From Oopsacas minuta (Eukaryota > Animalia > Porifera), in contig JAKMXF010000233.1 in assembly GCA_024704765.1 (NCBI GenBank), forward strand, positions 124,001 through 188,000: a DNA stretch of 64,000 nucleotides, given 5' to 3'. The number at the start of each line of letters is the position of its first letter. The stretch's first letter is position 1. Of the stretch, positions 1-11,400 are shown piece by piece. Under the pieces are notes generated by a model. It ran no database searches, was not told the DNA's origin, and saw only the letters and a program-made list of their open reading frames with translations. A program made the position numbers and the translations under genes.

Positions 1-2
1 AC

Positions 3-269
3 GATGCTTCTATCATAAACTGTACCTTCACTTTACCTGTATTAGGTAATCCTGATTTGAATAATCCTGAGGGATACTATGTGCTTCTTGCTTGGGGTGG
101 TGTGTCTGGTGGATTAATCCTTCAGCATTTAGGTCCAGGACATGGTAGATGTGTTTCTTCGACCAGAATGATAATCACAACTGCTACAGGAGGTCCATCT
201 TCTGCATCTATGCTCTCTTTATCTGTTTCTACTCTCGTGTTGATGTTAACTATACTCTTCTTAGTGTAG
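3..269 (+). CDS. 3' end of a DOMON-domain cell-surface protein with hydrophobic C-terminal (GPI-type) tail; 5'-truncated by the window edge
   Basis: Frame 3 is open from base 3 (DASIINCTFTLPVLGNPDLNNPEGYYVLLAWGGVSGGLILQHLGPGHGRCVSS...LMLTILFLV, TAG 267-269). Nearly identical to the last domain and tail of the 1882-5054 gene. Confidence 0.85.
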   Translation, partial: DASIINCTFTLPVLGNPDLNNPEGYYVLLAWGGVSGGLILQHLGPGHGRCVSSTRMIITTATGGPSSASMLSLSVSTLVLMLTILFLV

Positions 270-746
270 TTACATTATTTTACCCATTGTATAATTAGCT
301 CACCTACTTTATCGTCTTTAACTGCCCCATTGACTGTGTAATTGTACAGCTAGACTTGTCGTATCTATTTCTTTTTTGTTTCTGAGAATTCAATACTGTT
401 ACTCAATACTCATGGTTATGAAAAGTGTTCTTCTAATTTTGGATCATTTTTATGATAAAAATTTGTATCATTATTCGTCTGAAAGATAGGGAAGGTTTCA
501 GTTGCAGTTGCCCTAAGCCTTTACTATTTTTAGGATGTCTAAAGTTTCTATTGCTCATATATGGATCAATATATGAGTAATTATTTCAACCGGATTGCAA
601 TTGCATTCCCAATTTACTTGTATACGATATACTAGAGGATGCTATGGATATACTTTATTGCACCTAATATGCGCAAGGTATTCTCCAGCACGACAAAACC
701 TTGGGAACTCCATAATTTGGCATCCTTTTGGACTTAGGTGAATGCC

Positions 747-883
747 CAGTGGCGGCGCTAACCAGCCGATACTGGTAGTGCACGCTTACGTCACAGGTTG
801 GACACAGGTTATTAAACTGGGGGAATACTTACATTAATGACGTGGGGTACAAGACCCACCTGGCCCCCCTCGCGCCGCTTCTG
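747..883. mobile_element. Short MITE-like element
   Basis: Imperfect terminal inverted repeats CAGTGGCGGCGC ... GCGCCGCTTCTG around a GC-rich core; no clean target-site duplication. Confidence 0.4.
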
Positions 884-1053
884 GGTGAAGGTGTTAAAAT
901 GTGATTAATCATATGATAAACCTGTGTTTTTATTTCATGCTCTGTAGTCTCTACTCACAACATTACGCTAACACCAAGTTGAAACTTAAGCATCCTTTAA
1001 AACAACTTCAAATACAAAGGTGTGAATATATGAATGATCACCGAAAACCGCCG

Positions 1054-1405
1054 CAGGGTTGGAAAATACTCACGATTTATTTGATTTAAATCAGATTTTT
1101 ATATATAAACTTGCTTAATTCAATATTTTATCTTCTGATAATCACGTAGAATTCTAGAATAAATTTCACAATATACGTATAATAGAATGTTTGTCAATGA
1201 AGATAACGAAAAATTTATTAATGAAGAAAGCGAAAATATCGAACACATTATTAAGTATCATTAACGATACATCTATTGTTCTCTGAAGCAATCACACTTT
1301 TATCAAATAAGAAACATTGAAGAAATGTACTAAAGGTGATATATTTCCAACAATCAAATAATAGGATTTTGATTTTTTTGAGTGATTTAAATCAAAACAA
1401 CCCTG
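1054..1405. mobile_element. Non-autonomous DNA-transposon-like element
   Basis: Ends CAGGGTTG... and ...CAACCCTG, each with a subterminal GATTTAAATCA; no ORF; TSD not seen. Confidence 0.45.
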
Positions 1406-1881
1406 CTGAAAAGGTGTGAAAATTCTCTTTAGAAAATTCATACCCTAGGTACAAAACTCCACTCCTAAATATGTATATGTACTAATTTTCGCGTTAATCG
1501 TGCCAATAGATTTCGGATGACCGCGCGGACAGACATACAGACATCGCACATTGTTCATTTGAGCATCTCTCAATAGAAGTTGCACTAGAACATTTCAAGT
1601 TCATAAGTTAGTTCCAAATCTCATAAACATATGAATTTTGTTAATAAGGTGAACCGCCGAAATGTGGTAGAAGCATTCATGTAGGGTACAATTGATTGCC
1701 TAAATTAAACTCGAATATATTGCAACATAATTGTTGAGACTACGAAATTGATATTTAATATATTTATAAATACTGAGATATGTTACAAGTATGCACTATG
1801 CTCCTCTGAATACCCCCAAGAACATAAATAGATTCGCATTTTCAACTATTTACATAAGTAACATAACCTGGGGAACTGAAA

Positions 1882-4800
1882 ATGTTTAAAATACTCATTT
1901 CAATTTTACTATTAAATTGTCTCGGAATTATCCAAGCAAATCTCCCAATCGGTGAAGGATGTGGTACTATCGCTACATGCATCCAGTTTTCGAATTGTGC
2001 TCAAACCACCGATCCAACTACCCCTAATATCGGTACCATCTATACAATAGACGATACCACTGTACAATTCCAGTTACAGTATGACAATGCTGCAGCAGAT
2101 TGGATCGCCATGGGACTTTCAACTACCCAAAGTATGCCAAATTCATTCATATTCATGTGTGTACGTTCTGGTGTGGATGTCGTAGTCCAAGAAAGATTTG
2201 CCTCTGCTAGAGCTAGACCTCCAGAAGTCACATCTGATCTAACCCTAATAAACTCCATCAACGATGCTTCTATCATAAACTGTACCTTCAACACTAATGT
2301 CTTAGGTAGCCCTAATCTGAATAGAGGTGAAGGATACTACGTCCTTCTAGCTTGGGGTACTGTATCTGGTGGATTAATCCAACAACATGGAGGTGCTAGT
2401 AGATGTGTTTCTTCGAGTGAGATTGTTATCACAACTGCTACAGGAATGGATCCAACTACCCCACCAGCTACCACCCCATCAGCTACTACCCCACCAACTA
2501 CCACCACCCTACCAGCTACCACCCCATCAGCTACTATCCCACCAACTACCACCACCCTACCAGCTACTACCCCACCAGCTACCACCCCATCAGCTACTAC
2601 CCCACCAACTACCACCACCCTACCAGCTACCACCCCATCAGCTACTATCCCACCAACTACCACCACCCTACCAGCTACTACCCCACCAGCTACCACCCCA
2701 TCAGCTACTACCCCACCAACTACCACCACCCTACCAGCTACCACCCCATCAGCTACTATCCCACCAACTACCACCACCCTACCAGCTACTACCCCACCAG
2801 CTACCACCCATCAGCTACTACCCCACCAACTACCACCACCCTACCAGCTACCACCCCATCAGCTACTATCCCACCAACTACCACCACCCTACCAGCTACT
2901 ACCCCACCAGCTACCACCCCATCAGCTACTACCCCACCAACTACCACCACCCTACCAGCTACCACCCCATCAGCTACTATCCCACCAACTACCACCACCC
3001 TACCAGCTACCACCCCATCAGCTACTACCCCACCAACTACCACCACCCTACCAGCTACCACCCCATCAGCTACTATCCCACCAACTACCACCACCCTACC
3101 AGCTACTACCCCACCAGCTACCACCCCACCAGCTACCCAACCGTCTAATCTTCTCATCGGTCAAGGATGTGATACTATTGCTACATGCATTCAGTTTTCG
3201 AATTGTGCTGAAACCACCAATCCAACTACCCTTAATATCGGTACCATCAATACAATAGACGATACCACTGTACAATTCCAGTTACAGTATGACAATGCTG
3301 CAGCAGATTGGATCGCCATGGGACTTTCAACTACCCCAAGTATGCCAGATTCATTCATATTCATGTGTGTACGTTCTGGTGTGGATGTCGTAGTCCAAGA
3401 AAGATTTGCCTCTGCTAGAGCTAGACCTCCAGAAGTCACATCTGATCTAACCCTAATAAACTCCATCAACGATGCTTCTATCATAAACTGTACCTTCACT
3501 ACTAATGTCTTAGGTAGCCCCAATCTGAATAGAGGTGGAGGATACTACGTGCTTCTAGCTTGGGGTACTGTATCTGGTGGATTAATCCAACAACATGGAG
3601 GTGCTAGTAGATGTGTTTCTTCGAGTGAGATTGTTATAACAACTGCTACAGGAATTGATCCGACTACCCCATCAGCTACTACTCCATTAGTTACTTCTCC
3701 ATCAGCTACTACTCCATTAGTTACTTCTCCAACAGCTACTTCTCCATTAGTTACTTCTCCATCAGCTACTACTCCATTAGTTACTTCTCCAACAGCTACT
3801 TCTCCATTAGTTACTTCTCCATCAGCTACTACTCCATTAGTTACTTCTCCAACAGCTACTTCTCCATTAGTTACTTCTCCATCAGCTACTACTCCATTAG
3901 TTACTTCTCCAACAGCTACTTCTCCATTAGTTACTTCTCCAACAGCTACTTCTCCATTAGTTACTTCTCCATCAGCTACTACTCCATTAGTTACTTCTCC
4001 AACAGCTACTTCTCCATTAGTTACTTCTCCATCAGCTACTACTCCATTAGTTACTTCTCCATCAGCTACTACTCCATTAGTTACTTCTCCATCAGCTACT
4101 ACAGCATCAGCTACTACCCCAACAGCTACTACTCCATTAGTTACTTCTCCAACAGCTACTTCTCCATTAGTTACTTCTCCATCAGCTACTACTCCATTAG
4201 TTACTTCTCCAACAGCTACTACTCCATTAGTTACTTCTCCATCAGCTACTACTCCATTAGTTACTTCTCCAACAGCTACTTCTCCATTAGTTACTTCTCC
4301 ATCAGCTACTACTCCATTAGTTACTTCTCCATCTGCTACTACTCCATCAGCTACTACACCATCAGTTACTACTCCGTCTGCTACTACTCCATCAGCTGCT
4401 ACACCATCAGTTACTGCTCCATCAGCTACTACTCCATCAGCTATTACCCAATCGTTGTCTAATCTCCTCATCGGTGAAGGATGTGGTGGCATCGCTACAT
4501 GCATCCAGTTTTCGAATTGTGCTGTAAACACAGCTCCAACTACCCTTAATATCGGCACCTTCTCCACAATAGACGATGACACCATACAATTCCAGTTGCA
4601 GTATGATAATCCTGCAGCAGATTGGATCGCCATTGGACTTTCAGCTAGCCCAAATATGCCAGATTCATTCATATTCATGTGTGTACGTTCTGATATGAGT
4701 GTCGTAGTTCAAGAAAGATTTGCCTCTGATAATGCTCTACCCCCCGAAGTTGATGATCCTGATCTCACTCTAGTAAACTTTGCTAACGATGCTTCTATTA

Positions 4801-5054
4801 TAAACTGTACCTTCACTTCACCTGTATTAGGTAATCCTGATTTGAATAATCCTGGCGGATACTACGTTCTTCTTGCTTGGGGTGGTGTTTCTGGCGGATT
4901 AACCCTACAGCATTTAGGTCCAAGACATGGTAGATGTGTTTCTTCGACCAGAATCATAATCACAATTGCTACAGGAGGTCCATCCTCTGCATCTATGCTC
5001 TGTCTATCTCTTTCTACTTTTGTGCTGATGTTAACTCTACTCTTTTTAGTGTAG
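1882..5054 (+). CDS. Three-DOMON-domain, mucin-like, probably GPI-anchored protein, interrupted by a 1-nt deletion at 2807-2809 (1057 aa if restored)
   Basis: Signal peptide MFKILISILLLNCLGIIQA. Three copies of a domain with W-I-A-x-G-L-S...M-P...FMCVR...QERFA...YYVLLAWG...QH...C, matching DOMON (FRRS1/SDR2-type) motifs as I recall them. T/P/S-rich linkers and a hydrophobic tail with no cytoplasmic residues. ORFs 1882-3258 and 3318-5054 merge when one C is restored in ACCACCCATCA (other repeat copies read ACCACCCCATCA): 3173+1 nt = 1058 codons. Confidence 0.85.
2461..3135 (+). repeat. Coding minisatellite: 111-bp higher-order unit built from 48-bp (PATTPSATTPPTTTTL) and 15-bp subunits
   Basis: CCACCAGCT recurs at 2461, 2572, 2683, 2794 and 2904 (last spacing 110 because of the deletion). 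Confidence 0.95.
3669..4445 (+). repeat. Coding minisatellite, 30-bp unit (PSATTPLVTS / PTATSPLVTS), degenerating after about 4340
   Basis: CCATCAGCTACTACTCCATTAGTTACTTCT and its CCAACAGCTACTTCT variant repeated in tandem with a 30-bp period. Confidence 0.95.
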
Positions 5055-5255
5055 TTGCACCATTATTCAGACCATATGATTTGCATCCCTACTTTACCTA
5101 ATATCTACCTACCCCCCTCTTCCATTATTCTGTAATTGAATGACTAGACTTTGGCGATTTTGTATGTACTGAATCCTTTTCCCCGTCATAACTGAATTTA
5201 ATTGTACTTTATGCATCTTGTAATTGAAATATGCATGTTTGGTGCCGGTGAACAG

Positions 5256-5381
5256 CCTAGATTAACCCCGGATATAGTCTGGGCTAGCCTAGATTAACCC
5301 TTAGGTATAAACTGGACTAGCCCAGATTAAGCCCCGGGTTAAGCTAGGCTAGAACAGATTATACCCGGATATTCTGTCGGG
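5256..5381. repeat. Four degenerate 32-33 bp tandem units with internal dyad symmetry
   Basis: Units start at 5256, 5288, 5321 and 5353 (CCTAGATTAACCCCGGATATAGTCTGGGCTAG-like). Confidence 0.75.
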
Positions 5382-5518
5382 GAGTTAATTTGAGCTGCTA
5401 CACCGGTCTGGACCGTGTGATATTTCACATTCCAGGAAATCATATTTACCAATACTGATAAGTGTATAGAAGAACTTAAAATTACAACCTGTGCCGACAG
5501 GCATGTCAATTTAGTATA

Positions 5519-5520
<2 letters not shown>

Positions 5521-5555
<35 letters not shown>
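5521..5555. repeat. (TG)n microsatellite
   Basis: 35-nt perfect TG run. Confidence 0.97.
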
Positions 5556-5556
<1 letters not shown>

Positions 5557-6531
5557 GTGCTCCCATATAGAAAACATATAGGTTCAGTTCATAAGTTCGA
5601 CCAAATATTACACAACATAACAACAAAATAACATTGTACTGGGGTAATCGAGTATGCTGAATCCGAATATGGTATTGTAAACAACATTTTGTAAATATGT
5701 GTTTACTTTTAGGTGCATAAAGTAACCAAATTTCAAATTCGTAGTAGATTGATACTTTCAACGGCTATACTGGGGTAATCGAATATGCTGAGTTATGTAC
5801 TCGGGGGCCATAGGCCCGAGTGCGGACACGAAGTGTTCGCAACCGCCTAGCGTGAGCAAGCGAAGCGCACTAGTTCCTTTTCAAGTTGCAAATTCATTTG
5901 GTTTCGAATAGTGCCTCAAATACGTATGTACCTTAAAAACGAATCGAACTAAATAGAATGTCAGTCAGTCCAGGTTGTAATTTCAGATTTTTGCTCGTTT
6001 TACCTGCATTTTCTTAATTATTATTGCCATACTACTTGTTATATATAATTTCTTGAAGGCTAAAAAGGTGAAGAATGTAAATTTATTGTAGTCTGATGAT
6101 CGGTAGATGAACTCAAAAAGACGTCTGCACAGAATGTTTTTCGTGATTAACTGATTATTGTTGCTTATGATGTCCTTAATAAAATCGAGTTTTGCCACTT
6201 TAAAGTGCCCCTTTTGGACGCATTTTGAATATATTATAATTAATATAACTCCTTCAGTTTAAATCTAACCTAATTTATGTCGATAGCCGTAATCAGTGAA
6301 GATTTTTAAGTGGTCACTTGAAATTATTTTGGATATTTTTCCCTAGCAACCAGGAATGTGTCCGGCCCCACTACGTAGTGACCTTGTCGGCCGCTGTAAA
6401 ATCTCGCTAATACAAGGTTACTTTGATGGATTTTATGCTGGGTGATATAATCCAGAAATTTCCCATCAAATTCCACACTAATGAATGAGCTTTAGAGAAA
6501 TCATAAGTATTTATCTTATCGTGAAATCTTA

Positions 6532-7152
6532 ATGGCTATAAGTAGCAATTCCAACTACGACACTACTAATTCCACTTTTATGGTATGCTACCTGGGAATT
6601 ATCCAAGCTGACGATTCCATCGCCGCTGGTTGTGATGGAGACAAAACCTGCTTTCAGTTTCGGATTGTTCAATAACGACCTCCCCGACCACGCTTAACAT
6701 TGCTACCATTTACAAGTTGGACGATAACACCAACTATAGTATGACGATATTGATGCAGATTGTATCACCATTGGATTTGACCATCTTCCGAAGATATGCC
6801 CCAAACAAGCATCTTTATGTGTGTCTGTTCAGATACATGTGTGACAGTTCAGGAGAGATTTGCCACTGATGAAGCTTTGCCTCCAGTGGTTCTATACCTA
6901 AATGTACCTTCACTTCACCTGTTACACGGACTCCTTATATGTTGAATAATCTTAATGGGCATTATGTACTGATAGCATGGGGGTAGCGTAAGTGATGGCG
7001 AAATTCAACAGCATCAAGGTTCTGGGGTTGGTGGATGTCATACTAATGATAAGATTGTGCTCACTACTGTTACAGGAAATACCTCTGCACCTGTTCTCTC
7101 GTTAGCTGTCACTACTCTCGTGTTGATGCTAACTTTACTATTCTTAGTGTAG
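6532..7152 (+). pseudogene. Degenerate single-DOMON paralog
   Basis: Recognisable fragments LGIIQA...GCDGDKTCFQF, MPQTSIFMCVCSD..VQERFATDEALPP, and tail ...VTTLVLMLTLLFLV* (TAG 7150-7152), with several frameshifts and an internal deletion. Start position approximate. Confidence 0.8.
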
Positions 7153-7433
7153 TCACACTCTCTAACAAAATATAGAATTAGCTTACCTACCCTCTCCTTG
7201 ACTGTGCAATTAAATAGAAAAGTCAAGTTTTGTATTTTCCTTATATTTTAGAACTAGGCCTGTACTTGATTTCTATAAGGATGTATTTTTATAATCAGCT
7301 AAATATTATTAAATCTCTATTTGGCACCTCGCCTGTTTGTCTGAATACATTAATAAGTATAGTTAATGTCTATAGGAATTCAAACTGGACTTTAAAAAGT
7401 GGTCTGTATGTATTAAATATATTCTCTATTTAG

Positions 7434-8082
7434 AAAGATGTGTAGAAGATCTTCATTGAAAGTACTCAATCATGCTTTACAAGGAAAAGAAGGAATAGAG
7501 AATTGTATTAAATTCATAGACCTAGCTGGCTTACGTACAATATTTCCATTCTTTATGCTGCCGAATAAATCTTGTAAGAAAAATGCTATCTCTGGAATGG
7601 AACAAGATGAACATGTAATTTCAATTATACTCAGTCTATTACGAAATGTACAGGGTCAACATAATGATAGAATATTAGCTAAATTCGTTGAGAAAGATAT
7701 GGAAAAATCTGAGAGATTAGTTGAATTGCATTTTGTTTACAAACAACGAAGTTCTGTTTCAGATTCAATAATTTATAAAGAAATTCAGAGAACAAAGAAT
7801 GAAGATCGGTTAGATGAAGATGCTATATACATGAAGAGACTTGATGGAGGTTTGTATGTGTTACAACAAATTGATTTAATTGTTGTAGAAGTATTGTATC
7901 ATGGATCAGCTGCTTTGAAAGATAGAATATATAAACTATTCGAACAACAAAGAGCGAATATAGATTGTGTGAAGAGTGTTGTGATAGATTTTATACAACA
8001 TATGGGGGAAGCTTCTTCTGAAGCAGATCACGGGGAATTTAATGATAAGAGGAGATTAATTGAGATGGTTAATGTTCTGTAG
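7434..8082 (+). CDS. CTNNBL1: Beta-catenin-like protein 1, last exon only (about the C-terminal 215 aa)
   Basis: SLKVLNHALQGKEGIENCIKFIDLAGLRTIFPFFM...HVISIILSLLRN...EKSERLVELHF...YMKRLDGGLYVLQQI matches the CTNNBL1 C-terminus as recalled. Acceptor TTTAG ends at 7433; upstream exons not found in the window. Confidence 0.88.
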
Positions 8083-8446
8083 TAATTCTCTGTATTCTCA
8101 TATATTGTGATGTAGGAATCTATTAATTATTATTTCATTTGGCTGTTATTGCAGTATAATATTTAGGTATATGGCGCAACTAGGCTCCCGAGTCAGGGTG
8201 GGCGAAGATGACGTCTTCCCCACCTACCCGATACCTTTTCCGGCAGCCGGAAATGTCTGTGTGGTGATGGGTTATGACCCAGACCTATGGTCCTATGGGC
8301 TATCCAAAGAACAGAACCTATATTTTCCGGCCGTCATGGAAAAGCTGACCGGTCCATTTCTATACTCCTGTCTAAGCTCATCTAATAACGTTTTAAATTC
8401 CTTTTATAGACATATAGCTACTGATGTGTACTTCGTATTGATATTA

Positions 8447-11400
8447 ATGGAGCGTTTCAGGACAGAAGTACGACACACTAAGGTATGCGTAGTGTGCATT
8501 TAATATACATTATACATACATTACAATCGTCAAATTTTAACTACGTATTTATGTTCCGCCCCGATCCGCAACCTGTCCGGTTAGGCATCAGGACGGAACA
8601 TTTATATAGTGAATATACTGAAGTTTATGCAATTTATATCTTCTAGGTAGAGCCTAAAAATTACATTGCACTGAATAGGAAGAAAGCTTGTGCTAAGAAC
8701 TCATCAAAACCTATTCCTATTCCTCAGACAATTAAACCTGTTATTGGAGATAAGAGAATAAGTTTGTTAGCCAGGAAAGAGAGACATGAGAATACAGTAT
8801 ATAATAGTGGTGTTAAGCGTAGTTTAGAACAACTTGCTTCTATAATTAGCAGTGGAGATCTAGAGAAGATTATACAACTTGCTAAAGGAATTCAAAGTTA
8901 ATACTAATATTAAACAGTAGAATTTTGTTAACGTAGAGCGAATGTTAATGAGTAACGTGTTTTAGCTCCAACATTATGTCCATCTAAACATGCTTACGGG
9001 CGGCATTTCATTATCATTATTTCATTTTTTTATGGAGTCAAGTAGCCAATTCATGGATATATTTCAATGACTCTACTTAGAAATATGCAAATTTTGCGTG
9101 TCAAAGGAGGTCTGTGAAAATAAAATCACTACTGTTAATTTTTTAAATATGTTGGTTAGTTGAATTTCACTTATAAAATGGTGAAATAATGGTAATATTC
9201 GTGCGACAGGTGAGATTCCTTGCGATAAAAAGAATTTATTTTTAGTTTCTTAAGCTTTTTCAATAAATTTATCATTTATTATCCATGTTTTCCAAAACTA
9301 GGTACAACTCAAGTAGGCACTCAACCCAATCACTTATCTCCACAAACTGAACTAGAAGATAGAGTTATATCTCAAACACACGTTATACCTCCTGTTAAGA
9401 TTGTAGAGCCCAGTAATATTCCAGGCTTAAACTTAGATAGTGAAAATACACATACAAGGTTGATACACAAATATATAAGTATGTATACATTAAAGTTATT
9501 ATGATTATTGTGGTCATGTGTACACGTGTACATATCCGAAAAATGTACACTCATTACATGTCGGCCAGAATTTCTATTCACTTTTCGATGTGTTGAAAAG
9601 TCATTTTCCTAGATGAGTGAGGGGATAGGTTTTATAATATACATTTCTCGCCGACATATAAGTATACTGTAGAAATTTATTAATTACTATTGATATTACT
9701 CCATAGATTATGCTGGTTATGACATATCTCTAATCACATTATTGTGCATCAAATTAGTTACACGTATAACTGAATTTGGTTATAGGATGGCTATCGGCTA
9801 AGTTTGGGCAATTTAGAAGTAATTAAAGTATTATTATTCAACTTATTCAATCAAATTCTGTCAGTCAACATAAGTTCTAATTTTAGAAATTCAAGAAATC
9901 TTCTCAGTTACGTAATAAACGTTCTTTTGCTAATGGACTTGGATTTTGAACTCTCTATTTGATTCATTGATAAAAAGTTTCATAGAATAAATATTGTAAA
10001 TTATTCGTATTTTCTATTTTGCTATTATCGGATTAAATGAGTGTACTCAGCGTTGTCACGTGATTAAGTCCCATCCATCCGCTTAGGAGAACTACTTGGT
10101 CCCGGGTCCTGAGTGTCACTACTTCGTTCAATATAGTTGTCACAACCTACGAAGCTACAATGGTTATTCAGTTCGTACTCCTGTTAATATTAACTCTGGA
10201 TAAAGCGAATAAATTTCGACGATACTGGTGTTCGTATTAACTGGGTTACGATCCCCTGTATACGAATACTACTGTACTACCTCAAGGCATCAAACATTAA
10301 GGATATATTTAGGAATATGAACTCGAACGATTCATATGTACTTAATATTCTCCCTTATTACTAATAGTTTTGCATGTATGTAAATTATACATTTTTATAC
10401 TTCCTTATTACTTCCATCACTTCCATTACTAATGGCTGAATACAAAACTTCCTTATACCCTCACCAACCCATTATCTGCTCGAATAAAGTCTCCCTCAAT
10501 ACATCATTGAATTCTAACACTGTAGAATGGTGTCCTATAGATTCTCAATCTAATCTACTTCTTTGTGGTACTTATTCATTAGATACTGGTTTCAACAGAT
10601 ATGGTAATCTAGAGTTATATGGGTGGGTAACAAATGGATCATTTGCATTATTGAATAGACATGATGAAGGTGCTGGAGTGCTAGATTTAAAATGGTTGCC
10701 TCTTAGCTTTTTTGGTAACATTTTCTATGTAGTTAACTCTATAGGACAATTGAATGTGTATAGTATAGATTGTGCATTATTCGAGATTAAGAAAATACAA
10801 TGTTTGCAGGTTTGTGATAAATCTGATGGCAGTGAGCTGTGTTTGTCTTTTGATTGGGTCAGCAATGAGGATAGGAGCATCATCCTTAGTGATAGTGTGG
10901 GTAGATTGGCATTTATGGATTGTTGTGATACAGGTGAACTGGTTTGTAAATCTCAATGGAAAGCTCATGATTACGAGGTTTGGATTACATCTAGAGATAA
11001 TTGGAATAAAGATGTTGTGTTTTCAGGTGGTGACGATAATAAATTGAGAGGTTGGGACCTTAGACTAGCCGGCAGTGCTTCTGGATGTGTATTCACTTCC
11101 TCTCGACACGTCACTGGTGTGTGCGCGATACAAAGTCATCCGTTGAGAGAGCATCTGTTGGCTACTGGTTCATTCGACGAGACTCTGCTGATTTGGGATA
11201 CAAGGGACATGTCTAAACCTCTGAACAGAGTACAAATAGAAGATGGAGGGATTTGGCGTTTAAAATGGCATCACAGTGATCCTAACCTTCTACTTGCTGC
11301 GTGTACAAGAGCAGGAGCAGCTGTGTTTGATTTTACAGTGTCTCTAAGTATGCCTAGTGTCACCTGGTACAGAGAGCACCAGTCGTTAGTCTATGGGGTA

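Noticed and set aside
2337-4678. Long minus-strand V/G/A/D-rich ORFs and the plus-strand HQLPP/SYHP ORF (2387-3148)
   Set aside because: Antisense or shifted readings of the mucin repeats, which lack stops in several frames; explained by the repeat and the 1-nt deletion.
5256-5381. Regular ~33-bp palindromic repeats read as a CRISPR array
   Set aside because: Units are directly adjacent with no unique spacers, and no cas genes are present.
5983-6198. 71-aa minus-strand ORF as a transposase fragment
   Set aside because: No recognisable catalytic motif; too short to support a call.
8260-8310. GAAATGTCTGTG resembles RNase P CR-I, with CAGAC nearby
   Set aside because: The two halves are only about 20 nt apart, far too close for an RNase P RNA.
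9180-9209. Candidate extra CCDC66 exon ending at a strong GTGAGA donor (9210)
   Set aside because: In-frame TGA at 9182-9184, and the ATG at 9189 gives a stop after splicing.
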